Shown here piece after piece: positions 26,267 through 34,696 of a stretch of 39,316 nt of DNA (position 1 is its first letter; every line of letters starts with the position of its first letter). The DNA is from a virus. The stretch is taken from the IMG/VR virus record IMGVR_UViG_3300029868_000026, one strand, 5' to 3'. Under the pieces are notes generated by a model. That model was given only the letters and a program-made list of their open reading frames with translations. It searched no databases and was not told where the DNA came from. The translations under genes were made by a program, and so were the position numbers.

Positions 26267-26596
26267 ACCCAATTGTTTATCCATATCATCCAGAATCAAA
26301 AATAACCCTGCCAAATCACTGGCATTCAATTGCAACACATCATCCGTTTGGCGTTGGGTGATCACGGTTTGTAAAAAACTGATTTTCTTGCGTACTGCGT
26401 TAATACTTTTCATTACTACATCCCAAAAATGTACGGCGTCCCCGCCGAATTCCAATATTCTAATGTCCGTTTTATTACTTTTTCTTGGTTTTTTCTTGTT
26501 TGTTTCTTGTCTATCAATGATCGCTTGGTTGGTGGTCGATTCAGTGTAGGAGACAATGCAAAAAATAAAAGTCATTATAAAAGACCAAACCAGCAA
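26225..26596 (-). CDS. Hypothetical small protein divergent from the XRE gene (start uncertain; a 62-aa version starts at MKSINAVRKK)
   Basis: This is the only sizeable ORF in the 438-bp ogr-XRE gap. Its 3' end overlaps the ogr 3' end by 42 bp. Coding status is unproven. Confidence 0.35.
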   Translation of the reverse strand: MLVWSFIMTFIFCIVSYTESTTNQAIIDRQETNKKKPRKSNKTDIRILEFGGDAVHFWDVVMKSINAVRKKISFLQTVITQRQTDDVLQLNASDLAGLFLILDDMDKQLGLVEGGIVAGHLTQ

Positions 26597-26703
26597 GAAA
26601 TTGCCGGTTTTCCTAATGGCCGCCTTTACTCTGCAAATTTTTGCCGATACGGTTACTAACTAACAGTTTTCAACACATCTTGTTTCAACTTGTTCTGGGG
26701 TTT

Positions 26704-27117
26704 ATGCAATTACCTACCGATTTTGACAAGACGGATTTTGTAAAGAAACTAAAGCAAGCACGGAAAAAACAGCAGCTCACAAAAAAACAATTAGCGCAGC
26801 TAATAAATGTTAGCGAGCGCACCTATTCAAGCTATGAAAATATCAAAGATAACCGATTGCCGCGCATCGATACGGCGCGTTTAATGTCAACCATCTTGCA
26901 CATCAGTTTGGAACAATTAATTTTAAAACAGGACAATATCACCTTGGATGATACAGAAAAGGAATTACAACGCTCACTTGAAAAACGTATAGCCAGTGAT
27001 CCCATGTTTGGCTTATACCTGCGGTGGGTGGTGCATTACAGTGATGCGCGGATAAAAAATTTATTGGATGCGCAATTGCTGGATATCACCGAAGGATCAA
27101 CCCCATCGACCAAGTGA
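26704..27117 (+). CDS. XRE-family helix-turn-helix transcriptional regulator
   Basis: FVKKLKQARKKQQLTKKQLAQLINVSERTYSSYENIKDNRLPRIDTARLMSTILHISLEQL is a classical HTH_3/XRE pattern. ATG at 26704. Confidence 0.85.
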   Translation: MQLPTDFDKTDFVKKLKQARKKQQLTKKQLAQLINVSERTYSSYENIKDNRLPRIDTARLMSTILHISLEQLILKQDNITLDDTEKELQRSLEKRIASDPMFGLYLRWVVHYSDARIKNLLDAQLLDITEGSTPSTK

Positions 27118-27495
27118 GCTGTTTCGTATCGCGTCGATGGCTCGGGTGATGGCCTCGATGTTGCTGGTGGGATTTAGTTGTTTGATGATGTAAGAATGCA
27201 CGCCCAAATCAAATGCGGCATCGATGGTGGTTTGGTGGTTGTGGTGGGTGTAGATAACAACGGGGCAATAATCGGCGGATGATATGCGGTGTAAATCCTT
27301 AATCAGTTCAAGACCGGTGCCATCCGTGCTGATATCAAAAATGACCGCATCCAGAGTGTCAACACCCTTGATGCAGTCAAGTAAACTACCGACATCATCA
27401 AAAAAAATAACGCTGTCGTTTTCTATCATGCTGGAAAAAATGGCCTGCAAAAAAACCTTGTCATGTACATTATTTTCTAAAATGTAAATATCCAT
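27097..27495 (-). CDS. Stand-alone CheY-like response-regulator receiver (REC) domain protein
   Basis: Aligns by eye to CheY: YILENN (D12/D13 position reads E-N), AVIFDISTDGTGLELIKDL (D57), PVVIYT (T87), SYIIKQ (K109). RBS aaggaa lies upstream of ATG 27495. Confidence 0.8.
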   Translation of the reverse strand: MDIYILENNVHDKVFLQAIFSSMIENDSVIFFDDVGSLLDCIKGVDTLDAVIFDISTDGTGLELIKDLHRISSADYCPVVIYTHHNHQTTIDAAFDLGVHSYIIKQLNPTSNIEAITRAIDAIRNSSLGRWG

Positions 27496-27523
27496 GACGT
27501 TCCTTGTGTTTGGGGCTTTGTGC

Positions 27524-27754
27524 TTACCCCACAGCATAGCCCCCTACCACTAAACACACAAACACCCAACCTAAGGTGCCAACCATCAACGCCAATCCTA
27601 GTGCCATGTACCACAATAATTTTGTCGCTATCCGGTAATAGAAATAAAAGTAAACGATACCTAACAACAAGTTGTCCCAATAAACGAAAAATATCCAATC
27701 CAACCACACCACAAAAAATGGCAATTTTTCAATATCAATATAATCAATTAACAT
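27524..27754 (-). CDS. Small two-TM membrane protein
   Basis: 76 aa, aromatic-rich with hydrophobic helices. Its start overlaps the upstream stop by 7 nt. Confidence 0.6.
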   Translation of the reverse strand: MLIDYIDIEKLPFFVVWLDWIFFVYWDNLLLGIVYFYFYYRIATKLLWYMALGLALMVGTLGWVFVCLVVGGYAVG

Positions 27755-28134
27755 GATGTTTTTCCCACTAGTGTTAGGTGTGGTGTTTGTCGGTGTGGTC
27801 TTTTAGGTTGTTTGGCTTGCATTGGTTGCTCACGTCGAATCACCGCCCACACATGGTAGGGAGCGCATTGATTACCAAATTCTAAATAGGTTTTGTTAGT
27901 TCCCCCTAAGTATCGATAAGCCTTTGCGGTGGAAGGTTTTGGGCAATCGTAAACACTCTTGTTAATTTCGATAGAAATCTTCTCCGCTGCATCATCAACA
28001 GTGTGAAAATATTCACCCATAAAACCCGCTAAATTATCCACCCGCCCGGTGATAACCTTGCCAGTGCCTTGATGATATAACACATCGTGCATGAATAATT
28101 TCCAGGATGCGGTTTTTTTAAATTCGCTATTCAT
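27748..28134 (-). CDS. Hypothetical protein
   Basis: 128-aa ORF with an ATGA overlap to the upstream 439-aa gene. Confidence 0.65.
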   Translation of the reverse strand: MNSEFKKTASWKLFMHDVLYHQGTGKVITGRVDNLAGFMGEYFHTVDDAAEKISIEINKSVYDCPKPSTAKAYRYLGGTNKTYLEFGNQCAPYHVWAVIRREQPMQAKQPKRPHRQTPHLTLVGKTSC

Positions 28135-29450
28135 GCGATCACCTGTTGACGTAATAAATAAAATTTACCTTTTTTAACCACATGGTTCTCATCAATCAAC
28201 TGTTCTAATAAATGCCTTAAATGTTCATAGCGTAATTTTAAGTTAGGCCAATCACTACAAATGGGTTTTATGGAAAGTTTATCGCCATAGCACCCAGCCA
28301 ACATCTTTTCAACCACAGGCCGCAAGTTCAAACCGTTAATTGGGCTTATATATTTTTGGTCAAATTCTTTCATGTCAATACCTTGTTGCGGGGTTAATAA
28401 TGGGTTGTCGATGGCGGTGGGTTTATCAACATAACCCACTAATTCGTTGCCATTGTAGACCGGTTCACGTTCCACAATGTTGCCCTTGGTATCGAATAAC
28501 ATGGGTTTATCCGCAAGTTTTACCGGTTCATCAAACGAGCTGGTTTGGTCGGTTGCTTTTGATATTTTTATAGCCGCGCCTTTTTCCCTTAATCTGGCCA
28601 ATCCCGCCCAATCAATAAAACTTTTTTCATTTGCTGGCGGTTTGCATCCGCCATACATTTTTTCAATTTCACGGTCAAAATGACGTATCAATTTATCATT
28701 TTCTGTTTCGTTTTCTGTTTCGTCTTTTGGTTTTGGTGGTTTGATGTCGGCCAATAGCGGGGTATTTCCTTGCACCAATAACAACGCATAAATGCCACAC
28801 ACATCAATCAATATCGCCACCGCGATAAATGACCAGTGCCGCACCGTTCCCATATCTATACCCGTGACATTGCTTATCACTAAAAACGCCGCCGAGGTGT
28901 TAACGCTGGAAACTGCTGGGGTGTTTCGTGCGTTCAATAACAGTCGCTCTTTTTCCGCCCGTAATTCACTGAGGGGTTTTAAGTGAATAGCGGCGTTTTT
29001 TCTAAAGTTGTTATCCGCATCCCCCTCTGCCACCGTGTTAATCGTGTTCATTTGTCTATCGATTGATTCCAGGCTTTGTTTTAATGCTTTGTGTTCAAAG
29101 CTTTCGTTTGTTTGCCGTGTTGAAAATGTGGCGCTGGCGGATTCAAAAAAACCAACGCTGGCACAAATCGACACTGTCAACAAAACACACCCCAATAAAA
29201 TGGTAACGAAACTGGCCGCCCGTTTCTTGTAACCGTACTGACAATACAACGCCACCCCAACCGGAAAAAATGCAAATTTGCATAACTCCAAGCTAGTGGC
29301 AAACACACCCGCTAACACTTGCCCAACCGGGGTGCTTTGCTCCAACACAAACAGCGCCACCGAACATACCAAACTACCACCGCACGCCAACAACGCGGCC
29401 AAACAAATAACGCCTCTGTATAACTTATTAATCACCATGATTTTATTCAT
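28131..29450 (-). CDS. Multi-pass membrane protein with a central coiled coil and a soluble C-terminal domain (possible winged-helix end)
   Basis: 439 aa. It has three N-terminal TM helices, a coiled-coil segment (FEHKALKQSLESIDRQMNTIN...LSELRAEKERLLL), another TM (WSFIAVAILIDVCGIYALLLV), then about 200 aa soluble. Confidence 0.7.
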   Translation of the reverse strand: MNKIMVINKLYRGVICLAALLACGGSLVCSVALFVLEQSTPVGQVLAGVFATSLELCKFAFFPVGVALYCQYGYKKRAASFVTILLGCVLLTVSICASVGFFESASATFSTRQTNESFEHKALKQSLESIDRQMNTINTVAEGDADNNFRKNAAIHLKPLSELRAEKERLLLNARNTPAVSSVNTSAAFLVISNVTGIDMGTVRHWSFIAVAILIDVCGIYALLLVQGNTPLLADIKPPKPKDETENETENDKLIRHFDREIEKMYGGCKPPANEKSFIDWAGLARLREKGAAIKISKATDQTSSFDEPVKLADKPMLFDTKGNIVEREPVYNGNELVGYVDKPTAIDNPLLTPQQGIDMKEFDQKYISPINGLNLRPVVEKMLAGCYGDKLSIKPICSDWPNLKLRYEHLRHLLEQLIDENHVVKKGKFYLLRQQVIA

Positions 29451-29498
29451 CCCTTTTAACCTTTTATAATTTTGTGTTTTTAATTCTTTGGTTTTCTT

Positions 29499-29744
29499 TT
29501 AATGGTACGGCACACCAACAATTTTTATCATTCCATCAACAAATTCATTGACTTCTTTTTGGTGTCGTTCAATCAAATGTAATTGAATATAAACAAGTAA
29601 ATCTTTTATCTCCCTTCTTTTTACCACATCATCTTTTGCATCATCGTAAGAGAGCAACAAAAGATCATTAAGGAAAAACAACTTTTGCTTATAGTTGCCA
29701 GGGTTCCTTTTCAATTCTGTATCAATGTTTTTTTTGGTAATCAT
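29499..29744 (-). CDS. Hypothetical protein (81 aa from the internal ATG)
   Basis: ATG at 29744 forms an ATGA overlap with the upstream ORF stop. The longer 119-aa version would overlap the neighbour by 118 nt. Confidence 0.55.
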   Translation of the reverse strand: MITKKNIDTELKRNPGNYKQKLFFLNDLLLLSYDDAKDDVVKRREIKDLLVYIQLHLIERHQKEVNEFVDGMIKIVGVPYH

Positions 29745-29920
29745 GATGATTTCCGTAAATGTTGGTTTTTTCCGTAGCTTTCCTGTAATGCGCTTAATAC
29801 TTCCCGGCAATGTATCAAACAATCTTGTGCATCCCCGTAGGCTTTCATGTAAATGCAATGTTCTTCGCTGGCAATCAATAAAAGGTTTTCAATAGTTAAG
29901 ATAACCGCCAATTTTTCCAT
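29741..29920 (-). CDS. Hypothetical small protein (59 aa)
   Basis: ATG at 29920 is preceded by gaggtggtaggg. The longer version starting at 29968 overlaps the DUF3850-like gene. Confidence 0.45.
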   Translation of the reverse strand: MEKLAVILTIENLLLIASEEHCIYMKAYGDAQDCLIHCREVLSALQESYGKNQHLRKSS

Positions 29921-29933
29921 CCCTACCACCTCA

Positions 29934-30236
29934 TTAATGCATAAGTCTATTATTCGTGGGGTTATCAAAATATTTTACCTCGCTTATATCTAACAATGAG
30001 AACACAACAAAACCCGCTTGTTGCTGGTAGTTGGTGACAAAACCAATAACGGCGCAAACAAAACGCCCGGTATAGCGGTGTAAATGTTCATCCACCGGTT
30101 CCACCTCTAACAACTGTATATAATCCCCGGTTATATAATCTCTATCGTTGCGGCGGATTTCAAAATTCTTTTTTCCATTAACCACTTCTTGAAAATACGG
30201 TTTCTCTGTTTTTAGTAGCTGAACATAAAACATCAT
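29934..30236 (-). CDS. ASCH-like DUF3850 family protein
   Basis: KPYFQEVVNGKKNFEIRRNDRDYITGDYIQLLEV...YTGRF matches the DUF3850 pattern (yF..v..G.KtfEiRkNDRdf.vGD.l.L.E...yTGr). Confidence 0.75.
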   Translation of the reverse strand: MMFYVQLLKTEKPYFQEVVNGKKNFEIRRNDRDYITGDYIQLLEVEPVDEHLHRYTGRFVCAVIGFVTNYQQQAGFVVFSLLDISEVKYFDNPTNNRLMH

Positions 30237-30652
30237 TTTACCCCCTGCTGATAAAATCCTTTATCCCAAATTGCATACCGTGCCACATAACCATTGGCCC
30301 GGCATTGCTTGGCAATAATTTCAAACTCTACACCAAAGGCCACCACCTTGCGGTTTTTGGCGGGGGTTAATGATTCCACATGACAATTCATTCCCTTTGA
30401 TACACTCACCATCAACCTGTCACATGAGTTTGAAAAATGAATAGTCAATGTATAGCCGCTAACTAATCGGAAACGATCACCAGAACTAAGCCACACAATT
30501 GGCCCAGGCCATTTGGCTTTTTTCTTGTCGGTATCAAATCGTGTTTCAATAAAGGTGGACGCCATTTTTTTGCGGTTGAATAAAGACACGTTAGAAAATA
30601 TTACCGGTGGTTGTGGTGCTGCTGGTGTTGAAAATGTGATTGCTGGTTTCAT
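30233..30652 (-). CDS. Hypothetical protein
   Basis: 139-aa ORF in the early operon. RBS-like aaggga upstream. Confidence 0.6.
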   Translation of the reverse strand: MKPAITFSTPAAPQPPVIFSNVSLFNRKKMASTFIETRFDTDKKKAKWPGPIVWLSSGDRFRLVSGYTLTIHFSNSCDRLMVSVSKGMNCHVESLTPAKNRKVVAFGVEFEIIAKQCRANGYVARYAIWDKGFYQQGVK

Positions 30653-30697
30653 AATATCTATCCCTTTTTTTATGATTAGTTTTTATTGCTGGTTTTG

Positions 30698-31030
30698 TTA
30701 AAGGCCAAACTGTGTAGAAAGCGGCGGGTTATCGATTTTTTCTTGTGCCTCTTTCTTGCGCCGTACCTGTCTAAGCTCTTGATGAATGTTCATTCGCTCT
30801 TTCCAGGCTTGCGGGTCGGGTTGTTGGTTGATGTATTCCATTGTTTTGTCTCGATCCCAGCTAGAGAGCATCATTTTTGCCTGCCATTCCCTATCAATGC
30901 GGGTTTTCATATCCACTTTGTAGTTGTCTCTCTGGTCTTCTAACCACACCAACACATCATCCATTTTTCGGGTATATACCAGGCTGCGGGCAACCGAATC
31001 ACGGCGAAATTGCTCTTGATCAATGGTCAT
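30698..31030 (-). CDS. Hypothetical protein (110 aa from ATG 31030)
   Basis: The internal ATG is preceded by cgaggctacaaa (GAGG RBS). The upstream extension of the ORF runs into the iteron cluster. Confidence 0.55.
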   Translation of the reverse strand: MTIDQEQFRRDSVARSLVYTRKMDDVLVWLEDQRDNYKVDMKTRIDREWQAKMMLSSWDRDKTMEYINQQPDPQAWKERMNIHQELRQVRRKKEAQEKIDNPPLSTQFGL

Positions 31031-31087
31031 TTTGTAGCCTCGATTTTGTTGGAAAACATGCGTTGTGCGGGGGTAGGGGTTGAAACA

Positions 31088-31326
31088 CCGGAACAACTGG
31101 AACACACCAGATAAATCGACCTGTAGACCACTGCAACACTGAAAAAAGGTTGTTCCGGCGCTACCGGAACATGCCGGAACAGGTTTTTTGACCGATTGCC
31201 TGCGGCGTAGTAACGGTGTGGGCTGCGGACTGTTCCGGCAATATTGCTGTACCGGAACATTACTAGAACACGGCAGAACAAAGCCGTTCCGGTGCGTTCC
31301 AGTAAATGCATGTAGAGATGGAACGG
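31088..31326. repeat. Iteron cluster: about 12 copies of a GGAAC-core octamer (CCGGAACA / TGTTCCGG and variants) in both orientations
   Basis: Exact CCGGAACA at 31088, 31164, 31174 and 31252. TGTTCCGG at 31151 and 31231. Variants at 31097, 31263, 31273, 31285, 31295 and 31319. An AT-rich stretch follows at 31327-31480. Confidence 0.85.
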
Positions 31327-31480
31327 ATAAGTTATTGATTTAGTTAGTGGTATATAGTGATAAAGTGATATGTTCTGTTTATTCTCCTTATCTTTAGCCT
31401 TCCCCCCCATTTCTAATTCAATTAATAGGATTAGACCCACCACACATTTTTTGAGTACTGCCAATTTTTTTGAAATCATC

Positions 31481-34171
31481 TTAAACCGCCGAAAATAGCC
31501 AACAATTAATGGATGTCTGCGTAAGGCAAGACCGGTATTTTTTCAATCCAATAAAGGGGTAACGCTTGGAGTCCTTCAACATCGAACGCAGCACATGCAA
31601 CGGCGCGATTTTTTGGTGTTTCTCCACACACGCTTGTTGAAACTCGTTTAATGAAATGGCAACCAAGCCTTTTTCTTTAGAGTGGTTATACCGTGGCTGT
31701 TTAATGACTTCCTTGCTGCCATCGGGTTTATGCACCTCAATCACCCCGCCGTTCAAATAAATGAACGCTTCCCAAAATTCATCAATCACCGGGTGATCGC
31801 TTGCCAATCGGCCTTGTCGATCCAAGGCGCGTTCGTGCATGTGGTCATATAACGGGTTTAGCTGTTTATCATCCAATTGAGGAAACAACACTTTTAATGC
31901 CGTGGTGCTTGCCATCACTTGTGCATGAAAATTGGTGATGCGATCGGATGTCAAACCGCCGCGTTGTCTTAGCTCATCAACATGTTTTGGATAGGCATCA
32001 AACAGGGCTTTTAAATAGGCTTTCTCATTGGCTAGCACTAACCGCAAATAACCGCCCAACTGTTTTGCCTTGAGTTGGGTAAAACGTTTGGCAATGCCTT
32101 TGTTTTCTTGTTTCTTATGGGCGGTGGTGCAATGAAAATGCACGATGCGCGATAACATCGGCGGGCTGGCTTGTACCGTGGCGTTTTGGGTGATGACAAT
32201 GGCACCCCTAAAAATCAAATCCGCCGAATCCAAACCGTTGTTTTTTACCCCTCTCGATGAAATCACCCCGTTTAAATCGGTACACTTTTTGTAAACATCC
32301 CAGTTCACCTGGTTTGGGGTGCGGGCTGATCTGCCATCACCATCCACCGATTCCCTATCCGATTCCAAAAATACCACGGGTAAATTACTGGCTTGTGCCA
32401 AGCCTCGATCTTTACCGGATGCAGTGCCGGATAATAAGTCGGTGCCCTCCCAATCATCGCGGCCCAACATTTTCCACAGGGTTCTAATGAGGGTGGATTT
32501 TCCCGCCTCTGGATCACCGGTTAATTCTGCAAACGGCATTTGGCCCAATTCGGTTTTTATTTGGTGGGTGAATAAGGTGGATGTCCAAAACCCCAGCATG
32601 CCCAACCCGTTTAAATGAAACACCTTGATAAAATCATTTAGCAACCCGGTATCGAATTCATCGCCGTAAATATAGTGGGCAGATTTTAAAATGGTTTTAA
32701 CCTGAACATCCGGCGCTGAAATATAGCCGTGGTCATTCACTAAAATTTCTTTTTCGTTTTTAAAACCAAATTCATTAAACACATAGGTTTCGGTCACTTG
32801 ATCATAACCAATGAAAGGAATCGCCCGTACATAATCCATTTTGCGATCAAACCACTTACCGCGAAGGGTGCGCAAATCACCAGCCGAACCTTCAAAGCGT
32901 CCACCGGGGGTTTTGTTTAATAATGCATTGTTAAAGGATCGCGGGTCACTGGGGGCGGTGGATTCTAACGCCGCTAAAACCGATTGATCAGAATAGGCCA
33001 TATCAATATGAAAAAAATACTTTTGGCCCTCTTCTTGTTCCGGGTTTTTCTCGATGTATAAAAAGCGGGGTACACAGTTGGAAATACTTTCGGTTGAGAC
33101 ATGACTTTTAAACACGTCAAAATCCCGGCCATACTTAAATTCTAAACCATCTTTTTCCAACGCCTTATCCATCGCGCCTTTGTTAACGGTAAAACGCCAC
33201 AGTTGGTTGCCGCATTCCTCTAACATGTAGGTTTTCTTTTTCCAGCCAAACAATTCATAGGCCATTTTTTTCATACTGTCGGCCATGAATACCCTACCGC
33301 GCCAAATGCATTGTTTAATAAACTTTTCGTTCAATTGGTCAACCCGAAAAATGTCATCCCAATCTGCACTGCTACCGCGCCCAGTAATTGCCACCTCAAA
33401 TTTCTGTTCCATGTCTTGCAGTTTTTCGGCGTAACCTTTGACATGTTGTAGCGGTTTGGGTTCGTCGTCATAGGCCAACACCCAAGTGATATCATCATCC
33501 TTGTGTTGCTCGATCAAATCCCAAGGAAAGTTGCCACAGGCCATAGCGGAAACGGCTTTTTTCTTCGCATGTAAAAATGCGATCGCATGAAAAATTCCCT
33601 CAGTGATAAACACCGTATCGCCCTTTTTAATGACCTGATTTTTCGGTTGCCAACATTTGTTGCCGTATTGAATACCAAATTTAAAATTGGATTTTTTCCC
33701 GGCGTCTTTGCTGGCGGTTTTATCAATGACTTTTTCCCAAAACCACAGCCCATCACCGAACATATCAAAGCGCACCGTATCCACAAATTTCTTGGTGCCC
33801 TTGATCGTCATTTTGCCTTGTGAATACAAACCGTTGATGTGGATGGCTTGAAACTTGCGGTTTTGGGTGAGATAGGCGCGGGCTGTTATATCGGGGTCTT
33901 TTTCGGTGGCTGGAAAACGCTTTGAAAATTCCTCGAATATTTCAGGATATCGTGCGCGCACCGATTCTGTGTAACAACATTTGGTTTCGTTGTTACAACG
34001 CAGCACACCGGGTTTATCGTGTCCAATCCATAAATTGGGTGTGTTGCAATCTGGGCACTTGCCCCGGTAAATACCGCCCACCAACTTTAGTTTTAACGTG
34101 TGATCACCCAACAAGGTTTGCCGGATTTCATCATCCAATGACAAATCAATCATTACGCGTTCCCCGTGCAA
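31481..34171 (-). CDS. Replication protein: zinc-finger + TOPRIM primase + P-loop helicase (P4 alpha-like primase-helicase)
   Basis: CPDCNTPNLW...LRCNNETKC (Zn), VFITEGIFHAIA...AYDDE (TOPRIM-like E and DxD), LTGDPEAGKSTLIRTL (Walker A), PVVFLESD (Walker B-like). An alternative start at ATG 34153 overlaps the upstream stop (taATG). Confidence 0.8.
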   Translation of the reverse strand: MHGERVMIDLSLDDEIRQTLLGDHTLKLKLVGGIYRGKCPDCNTPNLWIGHDKPGVLRCNNETKCCYTESVRARYPEIFEEFSKRFPATEKDPDITARAYLTQNRKFQAIHINGLYSQGKMTIKGTKKFVDTVRFDMFGDGLWFWEKVIDKTASKDAGKKSNFKFGIQYGNKCWQPKNQVIKKGDTVFITEGIFHAIAFLHAKKKAVSAMACGNFPWDLIEQHKDDDITWVLAYDDEPKPLQHVKGYAEKLQDMEQKFEVAITGRGSSADWDDIFRVDQLNEKFIKQCIWRGRVFMADSMKKMAYELFGWKKKTYMLEECGNQLWRFTVNKGAMDKALEKDGLEFKYGRDFDVFKSHVSTESISNCVPRFLYIEKNPEQEEGQKYFFHIDMAYSDQSVLAALESTAPSDPRSFNNALLNKTPGGRFEGSAGDLRTLRGKWFDRKMDYVRAIPFIGYDQVTETYVFNEFGFKNEKEILVNDHGYISAPDVQVKTILKSAHYIYGDEFDTGLLNDFIKVFHLNGLGMLGFWTSTLFTHQIKTELGQMPFAELTGDPEAGKSTLIRTLWKMLGRDDWEGTDLLSGTASGKDRGLAQASNLPVVFLESDRESVDGDGRSARTPNQVNWDVYKKCTDLNGVISSRGVKNNGLDSADLIFRGAIVITQNATVQASPPMLSRIVHFHCTTAHKKQENKGIAKRFTQLKAKQLGGYLRLVLANEKAYLKALFDAYPKHVDELRQRGGLTSDRITNFHAQVMASTTALKVLFPQLDDKQLNPLYDHMHERALDRQGRLASDHPVIDEFWEAFIYLNGGVIEVHKPDGSKEVIKQPRYNHSKEKGLVAISLNEFQQACVEKHQKIAPLHVLRSMLKDSKRYPFIGLKKYRSCLTQTSINCWLFSAV

Positions 34172-34506
34172 ACCTGTTGTGCTTTAACGATCAACGCTTC
34201 TAGTTCGGCCTTAATCGCTGCGGGGTGGTTGGTGGTGGGGTTTAGTTTTAAGGCTTTGGCTCTGGCATCGGCGGCGGCGGCCAACACCTTATCGGCGTTG
34301 TTTAAATGCGGGTTGAGTTTAATCACATAGTTAGTGATGGCGCTTGAATTAAACAACACCCGCAAACCGCCGTTGCTAATAGGGATGGGGCCACCGCCAT
34401 CCTTGCGCAATTTCTCAAAGCTGGATTTGCTCATATTCAGCTTGGCGGCGGTTTGTTCAATGGTATAGATGGGGTCATTTTCTATATCAAATGCGGGTTT
34501 ATTCAT
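34153..34506 (-). CDS. Cox/Cro-position HTH protein (excisionase/AlpA-like helix-turn-helix)
   Basis: YTIEQTAAKLNMSKSSFEKLRKDGGGPIPISNGGLRVLFNSSAITNYV fits the HTH_17/AlpA pattern. It is the first gene of the early operon, divergent from the repressor. ATG at 34506 has an AGGTG RBS. Confidence 0.7.
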   Translation of the reverse strand: MNKPAFDIENDPIYTIEQTAAKLNMSKSSFEKLRKDGGGPIPISNGGLRVLFNSSAITNYVIKLNPHLNNADKVLAAAADARAKALKLNPTTNHPAAIKAELEALIVKAQQVCTGNA

Positions 34507-34610
34507 GTTCAACACCTATTTTTGTAGTTTTTGTAATTAAAATTTACCAGTTTATGGAAATCTCGCCCCATTTGGGCGATACTGTCTTTTAGTGGCCGTA
34601 AATCAACGTA

Positions 34611-34643
34611 AAACGGCACAATTCAGCGTTAAACTGCACAAAT
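34611..34643. promoter_or_regulatory. Two direct repeats AAAC(G/T)GCACAA(T/A)T spaced 20 bp apart (candidate operator half-sites)
   Basis: Read directly at 34611-34623 and 34631-34643, in the CI/Cox intergenic region. Confidence 0.35.
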
Positions 34644-34663
34644 GTGTTTAGTTTTTCGCGCTA

Positions 34664-34693
34664 TTGGAATATAGGCGTGAATGTGAGTATTAT
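34664..34693 (+). promoter_or_regulatory. Candidate repressor promoter (TTGGAA-N18-TATTAT)
   Basis: The hexamers were read directly, about 50 nt upstream of the CI-like ATG, which has a GGGAG RBS. Confidence 0.45.
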
Positions 34694-34696
34694 CAA
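34668..34696 (-). promoter_or_regulatory. Candidate early promoter (TTGATA-N17-TATATT), back-to-back and interdigitated with the repressor promoter
   Basis: Reverse complement of 34668-34696. Its -10 overlaps the -35 of the plus-strand promoter and vice versa. Confidence 0.45.

Noticed and set aside
31027-31479. 150-aa ORF spanning the iteron cluster
   Set aside because: It is not annotated as a gene because its sequence is dominated by translated iterons (FR, VP, PEQ motifs) and has an odd Cys/His/aromatic composition. The rejection is not firm: it starts 1 nt after the rep stop and ends in an ATGA overlap with the next gene, so it could be real.
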